This document shows positions 1 through 7,376 of a DNA stretch of 38,903 nt, piece by piece. Made by a program: the position numbers and the translations under genes. Numbering within the stretch: the stretch's first letter is position 1; every line of letters begins with the position of its first letter. Source of the DNA: Bacillota bacterium (GTDB lineage Bacteria; Bacillota_I; Bacilli_A; Acholeplasmatales; Acholeplasmataceae); the NCBI GenBank assembly GCA_030830185.1, contig JAURNN010000025.1, forward strand, positions 1 to 38,903. The letters run 5' to 3'. Under the pieces are notes generated by a model that saw only the letters and a program-made list of their open reading frames with translations, searched no databases and was not told where the DNA came from.

Positions 1-550
1 AATCAATAAATTCAACATCAACTCCTGCTTCGATTAATACTCCAGCAAGTGTATGCGTTCTTTTTGAAACGCCACGATAACGAAATCTACCAGTATCTGT
101 AATTAACCCTGTATATAAAGCAATTGCAGATTCTAGTGGAATTTCTAGTTTGTGCTGAAATGCAAAGTCAGTAATCATTTCAGAAACTGCAGGGTAACTC
201 GTATCTACCCAATTCATATCACCATAAGCGTCAACATCAATATGATGGTCAATTTTAATCACTTTTTTCCCTAGTGTATATCTGGTATCGCTAATGCGAT
301 CTTTTGTCGCTGTATCTACAACAACTGATAATGCATCTTTATATACATCATCAGTAATCACATCTGGCGTTCCTACGTACTTGATGTAATCACTTTCTTC
401 TCCTACAACATAAATGTTCTTATGAGGAAAGGCTGCTTTTAAAATGCCTTTGAGTCCGTATTGTCCTCCGTAACAATCCCCATCTGGCCTTTTATGTCCG
501 TGAATAATAATCGTATCAAATTGTTTAATTTCTTGTAGAATGTTTGTCAT
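1..550 (-). CDS. DHH-family phosphoesterase, NrnA-like paralog 2 (C-terminus cut by the window edge)
   Basis: Own minus-strand translation from ATG 550-548 (RBS AAAGGTGA upstream): MTNILQEIKQFDTIIIHGHKRPDGDCYGG...VVVDTAT...KIDHHIDVD...ITDTGRFRY. DHH motifs are in canonical order. The frame is open to position 1. It is absent from the ORF track because it has no stop in the window. It overlaps the upstream paralog by 26 nt. Confidence 0.85.
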   Translation of the reverse strand, partial: MTNILQEIKQFDTIIIHGHKRPDGDCYGGQYGLKGILKAAFPHKNIYVVGEESDYIKYVGTPDVITDDVYKDALSVVVDTATKDRISDTRYTLGKKVIKIDHHIDVDAYGDMNWVDTSYPAVSEMITDFAFQHKLEIPLESAIALYTGLITDTGRFRYRGVSKRTHTLAGVLIEAGVDVEFID

Positions 551-1481
551 GTTGTTTCACCTTTTCATTTAAGTCTTCTATGAGTTGATATACTTTTTCA
601 ATATTTTCTAATGTTGCACCACAAGCATTTAAATGCCCACCGCCACCATATTTTTTAGCAACATCTACAATCGGGATATCTCTTGAACGAAGTTCGGCGA
701 CATATGAACCATTGTGATCTTCAGAGAAGCTTCCCCATATAAGAACTTCTTTAATACCTGACATTTGATTGACCATACCACGACTAATGGATTGAAAGTC
801 TTCGCCAGTTGATTCAATCAAGGCTTTGGAGTTAATTCTATAAGCAACATTTTCTTTAGTAAGTTCAAATGCTGAAAATTGATTTTTCAATATTTTTCTT
901 GAAAGTGTTTCGGTATACAAATAATTATATAAATCTTGGATGCTAGGTTCAAAACGAGATACATAGCTTGCGAGTAAAAAGGTTCTTTCTGGATTTTTTA
1001 AGTATAAAAACCTTCCAGAATCTGTGACCATACCTCCATAAAGATACGTCGCTGCATCTTTTGATAAATAAAAGTCGTGCGTCTTAGCAATGTCTATTAT
1101 CATCTCACATGCTGAGTTAAAGCTCGTATCTTTATAATGGATTGAAACATTTTCTACGTCAGTATCGTTTTCATGGTGGTCGATAACGATGATTTCTTTT
1201 CCTAATTGATAACGATCATCACTAATCATATGTGATACAGCAACATCTGTAATGATAACAAGTGCGTCTTTATAAGTTTCATCTGTTATTTCATCCATCT
1301 TTGCAAGATAACTCATTGTATTTAAATCCCCTACAACACATATCTTTTTTTCTGGATATTGGCTTTCTAAAAGAAATTTCAATCCCATTTGACTCCCAAT
1401 AGCATCTAAGTCGGGTCTTAGGTGTCTATGGATGATAATCGTGTGATATGCTTTGATTTTGCTTAAGATGACATCTTTCAT
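525..1481 (-). CDS. DHH/DHHA1-family phosphoesterase (NrnA-like nanoRNase / pAp phosphatase), paralog 1
   Basis: 318 aa. Motifs IIIHRHLRPDLDAIGS (DxD), VIITDV, VIDHHEND (DHH) and DHHA1 GGGGHLNACGA. RBS AAAGGAG lies before the ATG at 1481. Confidence 0.88.
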   Translation of the reverse strand: MKDVILSKIKAYHTIIIHRHLRPDLDAIGSQMGLKFLLESQYPEKKICVVGDLNTMSYLAKMDEITDETYKDALVIITDVAVSHMISDDRYQLGKEIIVIDHHENDTDVENVSIHYKDTSFNSACEMIIDIAKTHDFYLSKDAATYLYGGMVTDSGRFLYLKNPERTFLLASYVSRFEPSIQDLYNYLYTETLSRKILKNQFSAFELTKENVAYRINSKALIESTGEDFQSISRGMVNQMSGIKEVLIWGSFSEDHNGSYVAELRSRDIPIVDVAKKYGGGGHLNACGATLENIEKVYQLIEDLNEKVKQHDKHSTRN

Positions 1482-1521
1482 GTTTGCTCCTTTTGAAGAT
1501 TATAATAGAATATCATATTTC

Positions 1522-1550
1522 ATAATAAAAAGCGAGTTGCCCCGCTTTTA
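1522..1550 (-). terminator. Putative intrinsic terminator after the LTD-nuclease gene
   Basis: Minus strand reads TAAAAGCGGGGCAACTCGCTTTTTATTAT. The stem is AAAAGCGgG/CtCGCTTTT with one mismatch, followed by a U-tract. It starts at the stop codon. Confidence 0.45.
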
Positions 1551-2756
1551 TTCCCAAGGAAGTTTTAAGTGTGGTGTCCAAACTGGATTTTCAGTTGTAT
1601 TTCTTCTTGTGTCATAGTTCCAGTCAGGAGATTTTTCACCTTCTGGGTCATTTGGAAACCCTTTAGTTGCCCAACTGTTCTCTTCCGCTCTATGTTGAGC
1701 AAATCTTAAAAATGTTAAATACGGAACGTTTTTATAGGTTAACAAATAATCATAGGCTTGGTATTGTGAACCAACATCTTCTGATAATCCTTCCGCGACA
1801 ATCCAAAATTGCGAAAGTGCTCCGTTGATCCAAACAAGTCCAAGATTTCTACCATATCCCTCTTGTAGACTGTTTCCAGGAATTGATTGTATGTGTATGG
1901 TTTTTGAATTAGAATCGCCTAAAAGGTATTCTTTATTATATTTACTAGCCACATATCCCCATGGTTCTGCGGATACATTGCTTCCATTCACTTCAGGTGT
2001 GTTTAAGTAAAAGTATCTTAAAGACCCTCCTGGATATCCATTCATTGAGGTAAAAAATGCGGTATCTCCATCAGCAACACCGTTCAGTTTAACCTCTGCT
2101 GCACCACCATAACCTAATTCATTATTGTTTGGGTCAACATATGGCAAATCTAAATAGCGTTGTTCTAATTGAGGCCCTTGATAAAGTTGTTCGAGTGTTT
2201 TAATGTCGTGATTGTCGTTTTTTAAGTTCTCAAACAAATCAGGAACATACGCAATAAAATTAAATTGATTATATTCAGTTGATGCGATATAGTCTTCTTT
2301 TTCACCAAGTCTTATCATTGTAAGGTCGACTGCAAAATTAATATCAAACCCTAGTAGCCCAAATTGATCTACCTTTTGATCATTATAAAAAAGTTCTATG
2401 ACGTCATTACCGTTATAAGGCAAGTTATTATTATATTGATAATCTGTCTTGTTTTGAATATTTATATTCGTTGGATTGTTCCCCGAAACTACATAATAGG
2501 AATCTGGTTCGAGAATTCCTTCTAGTTGTATGGCGTGATCACCACCTTCTGTTGTCGACCCATTATTATAAATTCTTAGTTCAACTTTATTTAAATCTAC
2601 CGGTTCAATAGTTGGGTTATATACTTCAATAACATTATTAGACATCGATGTGGCATCGAATACTTTAGAAATAACAATGTTTGGTGTTTCTCCTTGACAC
2701 GATTGAAGTAAGAAAACACTTAAAAGTAGCATGATTATCGTGGTGGTTTTTCTCAT
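1548..2756 (-). CDS. Surface lipoprotein nuclease: N-terminal lamin-tail domain (LTD) fused to a C-terminal staphylococcal/thermonuclease (SNase) domain
   Basis: Signal peptide plus lipobox MRKTTTIIMLLLSVFLLQSC. LTD-like segment: VISKVFDATSMSNNVIEVYNPTIEPVDLNKVELRIYNNGST...SYYVVSGN. SNase-like segment: VKLNGVADGDTAFF...LRYFYLNTPE...EPWGYVASKYNKEYLL...GYGRNLGLVWINGALSQFWIVAEGLS. Confidence 0.8.
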   Translation of the reverse strand: MRKTTTIIMLLLSVFLLQSCQGETPNIVISKVFDATSMSNNVIEVYNPTIEPVDLNKVELRIYNNGSTTEGGDHAIQLEGILEPDSYYVVSGNNPTNINIQNKTDYQYNNNLPYNGNDVIELFYNDQKVDQFGLLGFDINFAVDLTMIRLGEKEDYIASTEYNQFNFIAYVPDLFENLKNDNHDIKTLEQLYQGPQLEQRYLDLPYVDPNNNELGYGGAAEVKLNGVADGDTAFFTSMNGYPGGSLRYFYLNTPEVNGSNVSAEPWGYVASKYNKEYLLGDSNSKTIHIQSIPGNSLQEGYGRNLGLVWINGALSQFWIVAEGLSEDVGSQYQAYDYLLTYKNVPYLTFLRFAQHRAEENSWATKGFPNDPEGEKSPDWNYDTRRNTTENPVWTPHLKLPWE

Positions 2757-3610
2757 TTTTTGATCTCCTTGTTTGTTTTCATTCTCTTCATGTTTTTATG
2801 AAAAAACGTAAAGTAGGTGACGGGAATAAATATAAGTATTTCAATTCCTATATATAAGTAACTCAAGTAGTTATATGATTGAAAAAGTGTATTAAGTTCG
2901 GTATTGAGATACCACGTATCTTTATCATTAATGGTTTCAAGTTGAATATTTGATTCTTCTATTATATTTAAATCTGCTTGGTAGAAATCCGGGAAACTTA
3001 AACTCTTATCCTCATAAACTTCAGTATTGATGAGTTTAGATGTTGAAACATCAAATCCTTCTGTTGGATAAAATACTTCAATACGTTCAATACGTGTTGT
3101 TTTGGTGTCATTTATAAAATGTTTTTGGTCAATTGCATACATGTGCATTGAATCATCATATAGTTGGACGAATTGTTCTTGAAAGACGCTTTGATTAAAC
3201 CCTTCTGGATTAGATTCAAACGCAATATCAATTTTTAGTGTAAGTGCATCATCATTAAAAAAAGCAAAAGAATCAGTATTCTCATAATCGCGAATGAGTA
3301 TGATCATTTCATAATGATAATTACTATTGTTTTCGTATAATAGCACGGGAAAAATCATGAGTTGATAAGCATAGTTTGGTTGAGTAATTTCAACATCAAT
3401 GATGGGGTCATTTTTGATATAAATATCAAATTGTCCTTGTGTGTTTGCGATTAAAGTTGCTGTTATCAAATCCTTTGAATCATCATAAATACGTGCTTCT
3501 TGTTCTTCTAAAAATGTTACTGTTTGATTGGCTCTTGCATAACCAGCAACAATAAAGGTGATAAAAGCAATCAATATGATATATGATGTGATTCCAAAGA
3601 TTTTTCCCAT
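2753..3610 (-). CDS. Membrane protein of unknown function with one N-terminal and one C-terminal TM helix and an external domain of about 220 aa
   Basis: 285 aa. TM1 is ITSYIILIAFITFIVAGYA and TM2 is YLYIGIEILIFIPVTYFTFF, followed by a basic tail. Its stop overlaps the nuclease start (ATGA at 2753-2756). I recognise no family motif. Confidence 0.6.
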   Translation of the reverse strand: MGKIFGITSYIILIAFITFIVAGYARANQTVTFLEEQEARIYDDSKDLITATLIANTQGQFDIYIKNDPIIDVEITQPNYAYQLMIFPVLLYENNSNYHYEMIILIRDYENTDSFAFFNDDALTLKIDIAFESNPEGFNQSVFQEQFVQLYDDSMHMYAIDQKHFINDTKTTRIERIEVFYPTEGFDVSTSKLINTEVYEDKSLSFPDFYQADLNIIEESNIQLETINDKDTWYLNTELNTLFQSYNYLSYLYIGIEILIFIPVTYFTFFHKNMKRMKTNKEIKK

Positions 3611-3638
3611 GTATTTTCCTAGGTTTTTGTGTATGTCT

Positions 3639-3667
3639 ATTATACGTTTTTTAATGCTTTTTTACAA
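3639..3667 (-). promoter_or_regulatory. Sigma-70/SigA-type promoter for the 2-TM protein / LTD-nuclease unit
   Basis: Minus strand reads TTGTAA, a 17-nt spacer, then TATAAT. The -35 is the reverse complement of 3662-3667 and the -10 is the reverse complement of 3639-3644. It lies about 29 nt upstream of the ATG at 3610, with AGGAAAA as the RBS. Confidence 0.6.
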
Positions 3668-3700
3668 ATAAAAAAAGGATAGATTGCTCTATCCTTTTTC
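3666..3700 (-). terminator. Strong intrinsic terminator ending the ABC / giant-lipoprotein operon
   Basis: Perfect 8-bp stem AGGATAGA/TCTATCCT (3676-3683 and 3688-3695) with a 4-nt loop. It is flanked by A7 and T5, so on the minus strand the hairpin is followed by TTTTTTTATTT. Confidence 0.8.
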
Positions 3701-3720
3701 TTACAATGTTTAATCAATTA

Positions 3721-6700
3721 TTACGCTGTGTGTGAACCTAAATAGGAGAAATCATTTGCTGGATATACAATCCATTCTTCTGGATTCCATGTTCCTGTCC
3801 CACCAGTTACACCCGGTTTTCTTACAAGAGTTACATTTGCTGTTGTTCCAGTGCCAACAACCCAAGATGATCCTGGATCTTCACCAACAACACCAAACAT
3901 GTCTATAACAACCCATGTTGTACCTCCATCGGTTGTTTTTTCTAATACAAATGCATCATCTCCATTAAAAAATGTGACGTCTCCTGCTAAATCTCCAACT
4001 GAAGTAATTTCAGAAACTGATTGACTGTTATAAATTACAAATACGTCTCCAGCTGCAAGAGAACCAGAAAGTACTGATGTTTGAGAAGCCGTTGTACTTC
4101 CGTTTGAATATAAAGTTACTCTATAATTTGTTAGATCTAAAGCAGCATCTGTTGGATTATATAGTTCAATTGCTTTATTGTTTCCGCCATCACCTTCAAC
4201 ATACTCAGAAATGAATAGGTCAGAAGTTGGGGTTACCACAACAACTTTTTCAACAGCATCAGCGCTTGCAATACGTAATCTTAATTCATTACTCCAATAT
4301 GCACCAGCAACAACATTGATTACATCACCAACAACTAACTCAGTTGGTAACCCAACAGGATCACCTGATCTAGAGTCCCAACGAATAAAGAATGTTGCAG
4401 TTCCATTTGAAACTTCAATATCTAAATTATCATATTGGTCGTATGCTATACTAATCACTTCTAATCCTTTAAATTCTACAAGTTGTGCAGTATAGGCTTC
4501 TAATGCAGTAACATCCATTGCTGTGACATCAACTGCTGTTGGGAAGTCAAATCCTGGTGTTGGAATAACATTTACAAATTGAACACTAGAAACTTGTTCT
4601 AATCCTCTAAATGCGCCGCGAGTTGCTTGAATTTCAATTGCATATCCACCTAAGTAAGCAGCTAGGAATGCATCTTTTTCAGCACTTGAACCGCTTCCTA
4701 AAAACACATCTAGTGCCCCTGTGTTGTCTTGGAATAAGAAGTTATTACCATCGACATTAAGTGTGACATATCCACGAATCGTAACGATTGTATCTACCGC
4801 TTCAGCAAGTGCAGCAGCAATTGTCATTGGAGGTAATGTGAAGTCACCTTCAGCATCAATTCTTAAACGTGCACCATCACTCCAGTAAACACCGACAACA
4901 GCATCAACAACATCACCAGCAACTAGTGTTAGTGGGAATCCTACTGGATCTCCTGTTCTTGAATCCCAACGAATTTCAACTGTTTCACTACCTAGTGTAA
5001 ATGTGAAATCAACATTATCATATTGATCTGTCGCTAGGCTTACAAATACTAAACCTTCTAAACGAACTTGTTGTGCAATGTAGTCTGATAAGTCAGCAAC
5101 GCTTGTGACAACTGTTGGTGTAGGGAATGCAGCACCAATTTTATCAAAAAGCATTAAATCTGTAATTGTTGATACTTGTTCTAATCCTCTAAATGTTCCA
5201 CGTTTTGCAGTAAGTTGAACTGCATAACGTCCGTGATACGCACGTAATAATTCATCTTTAGTAGGACTTGCACCACCACCAGCAAAGATATCAAGTGCAC
5301 CAGTACCATCTTGAATAAAGAAGTTGTTACCCTCAACATTCATGGTGATGTATCCTTCAACGGTTACAATAGTATCCACAGCTTCCAATAATGCTGCTGC
5401 AATTGTCATTGGAGGCAATGAAACATCGTCTGCAGAGTCAATTCTTAATATTGCTGAGTTACTGAAATACACACCTGCAACAATGTTAACAATATCGCCT
5501 GCTTCAAGTTCTGTTGGAAGTCCAGCAGGTGTAGCAGCTCTTGAGTCCCAACGAATCACAACTGTTTCTGTTCCTAAAGTTGCAGTAATATCTAAGTTTC
5601 CATATGAGTCATAAGCAATACTTACTACTTCTAAATTTCTAAATCTAACGAGTTGAGCAACGAGTCCGTCTAATTGTGATAATGCTGTTACATCAACAAC
5701 AATCGGGAATGCTACTTCAGGTTCAGAAACAACAGCGACACTTGTAATGTTAGATAATTGTTCTAACCCTCTAAATGAACCTCGTTCACCAACAACTTCA
5801 ACAAGTTCACCACTTGCTAATGCTGCTAAAATTGCAGTTTTTTGTTCACTATCGCCAGGCATATATAAATCAAGCGCACCTGTTTCGTCTTGTAGTAAGA
5901 AGTTGTTTCCATCAACATTCAATGTAACATAGCCTTGAACAACTGCAAGTTCACCTGCTGCAATTTCTAATGCTTCAGAAATAGAAACAACTGGTGATAC
6001 ACCAACTTTAACTGTAAATTCTTTAACAACTGCAGTTGCGGTTCCAAGTGATACTGTTGCAGTTAATAGAACTGTCGCTTGACCATCTGTTGGTACAGTG
6101 ACTGCACCTGTCGTTGGGTTAATGACAGCTTCATTATCTGATGTCCAAGCAATCGTGGTATCATTTGCACCTGTCGTTGCTAAATCTAGTGTCGTATCTT
6201 CTAAAATGTTAAATGGAATTGATAGTGCGTTGCTATCTACTTCAATTGCTTCAGCATCTGTTAGGTTTGCTGTAATTCCGTCAGCACCACCTACATAGTA
6301 AAATGCAAATGCTTTATTGTTTGATCTGAATGTATAAATTAAAATATCAACAGTAATAACTTTGCCGTCATACGCTTGAATTTCAGCCATATTAAATGTA
6401 TTGTAATATAGCATGAGTCCCACTGTAGGAGCTTCAGTTGTTCCTGGAACCCATGTTTGTGTTGTGTCATAATTGGTTGGCATAATATAGGTATTATAGT
6501 TTCCTGTATCACCAGGAATCACATAAACACGTCCAGTAACTGTTGCATAAACTGTTTCAAATGCACCACTTGATGCATTACCATATGCAATTTCATCTTG
6601 ATCTGTATCAAGTAAGTTATTGACATATGCTGCAATGTCAGTAATGACTTCAGCTGTTGGCATTTGTGGTGTTGCTGTAGCATCTAATTCAGCTGTCCAA

Positions 6701-7350
6701 GCAACAAGTTCCCAAATTCCAAAGTACCATTCAGTAGTACCAGAAACATCATAGACTTTTCCTACTTCAAGTCCACTCATGTCTCCACCGTAAAGTTGAA
6801 TGATTCCTGTTCCGTCATATGCAAACGCAGAATCTGAACCTTTACCTACAATGGTTAATCCGTCTAATGTTACTTGGTATGTACCATCATATGCAACATC
6901 GTCAAGTGCAAGAACGTCTTCTATATTTTCAATTGTGACCTCTTCAACCTCACTTGATTTAACAGTAAGTTCTAAACTCCAGGTAAGTGTAAGCTCTTGA
7001 GTTGCATCTAACTCAGATGGAATTGTTAAAACCGCCGTTAACATGACTTTGGCATCTGGTTCACCAAATGCAGGACGGTTCACAGTTACAACTGCTAAGT
7101 TACTTGCTGGTTGTCCTACTGTGACAACCCCTGGATTATTGGTTGACCATACTGCATCCACACCACCAACAAGTAATGTTGGAACCGTAAAGTTACCGGT
7201 AATATTTGATGGGTCAGATATTAATCCGTTTAATGTATCATATGCATCTTGTAAGGTTTCTTGAGCTGGATCGACCGTTACTGGGTCTTCACATGCTACT
7301 AAACCAAAGACAAGTGCGAATGATGCGAGTAATAAAAATAATTTTTTCAT
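3721..7350 (-). CDS. Giant surface lipoprotein: Ig-like N-terminal segments, OB-like beta-barrel modules (three tandem ~194-aa repeats) and a C-terminal lamin-tail domain. No recognisable catalytic domain.
   Basis: 1209 aa. Lipobox is LASFALVFGLVAC. Ig-like pattern: TTIAWTSDNEAVINPTTGAVTVPTDGQATVLLTATV. Repeats start at SPVVSISEAL / PPMTIAAALLEAVDTIV / PPMTIAAALAEAVDTIV. Each repeat contains GYVT.NV.GNNF..QD.TGALD, RG.FRGLEQ and IRWDSR. LTD segment: LFISEYVEGDGGNNKAIELYNPTDAALDLTNYRVTLYSNGST...GDVFVIYN...FNGDDAFVL. Confidence 0.8.
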   Translation of the reverse strand: MKKLFLLLASFALVFGLVACEDPVTVDPAQETLQDAYDTLNGLISDPSNITGNFTVPTLLVGGVDAVWSTNNPGVVTVGQPASNLAVVTVNRPAFGEPDAKVMLTAVLTIPSELDATQELTLTWSLELTVKSSEVEEVTIENIEDVLALDDVAYDGTYQVTLDGLTIVGKGSDSAFAYDGTGIIQLYGGDMSGLEVGKVYDVSGTTEWYFGIWELVAWTAELDATATPQMPTAEVITDIAAYVNNLLDTDQDEIAYGNASSGAFETVYATVTGRVYVIPGDTGNYNTYIMPTNYDTTQTWVPGTTEAPTVGLMLYYNTFNMAEIQAYDGKVITVDILIYTFRSNNKAFAFYYVGGADGITANLTDAEAIEVDSNALSIPFNILEDTTLDLATTGANDTTIAWTSDNEAVINPTTGAVTVPTDGQATVLLTATVSLGTATAVVKEFTVKVGVSPVVSISEALEIAAGELAVVQGYVTLNVDGNNFLLQDETGALDLYMPGDSEQKTAILAALASGELVEVVGERGSFRGLEQLSNITSVAVVSEPEVAFPIVVDVTALSQLDGLVAQLVRFRNLEVVSIAYDSYGNLDITATLGTETVVIRWDSRAATPAGLPTELEAGDIVNIVAGVYFSNSAILRIDSADDVSLPPMTIAAALLEAVDTIVTVEGYITMNVEGNNFFIQDGTGALDIFAGGGASPTKDELLRAYHGRYAVQLTAKRGTFRGLEQVSTITDLMLFDKIGAAFPTPTVVTSVADLSDYIAQQVRLEGLVFVSLATDQYDNVDFTFTLGSETVEIRWDSRTGDPVGFPLTLVAGDVVDAVVGVYWSDGARLRIDAEGDFTLPPMTIAAALAEAVDTIVTIRGYVTLNVDGNNFLFQDNTGALDVFLGSGSSAEKDAFLAAYLGGYAIEIQATRGAFRGLEQVSSVQFVNVIPTPGFDFPTAVDVTAMDVTALEAYTAQLVEFKGLEVISIAYDQYDNLDIEVSNGTATFFIRWDSRSGDPVGLPTELVVGDVINVVAGAYWSNELRLRIASADAVEKVVVVTPTSDLFISEYVEGDGGNNKAIELYNPTDAALDLTNYRVTLYSNGSTTASQTSVLSGSLAAGDVFVIYNSQSVSEITSVGDLAGDVTFFNGDDAFVLEKTTDGGTTWVVIDMFGVVGEDPGSSWVVGTGTTANVTLVRKPGVTGGTGTWNPEEWIVYPANDFSYLGSHTA
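4246..5997 (-). repeat. Three in-frame tandem coding repeats (about 579-582 nt, 193-194 aa each) inside the giant lipoprotein gene
   Basis: Repeat starts on the minus strand are near 5997, 5418 and 4836. The identical 17-mer gcaattgtcattggagg occurs at 5400-5416 and 4818-4834. Protein copies are clearly homologous along their whole length, but the DNA has diverged. Confidence 0.8.
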
Positions 7351-7376
7351 TCACTTCTCCCTTTTTCTTTTTTTTA

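Noticed and set aside
4178-7264. Six plus-strand ORFs in the track (4178-4495, 5324-5614, 5747-5932, 6098-6298, 6800-7000, 7043-7264) lie antisense to the giant lipoprotein gene.
   Set aside because: Their Ser/Thr/Pro/Ala-rich, motif-free translations are what the reverse complement of an Ala/Gly/Val/Thr/Asp-rich gene produces. They have no RBS, and the minus-strand frame is a continuous, repeat-structured 1209-aa protein.
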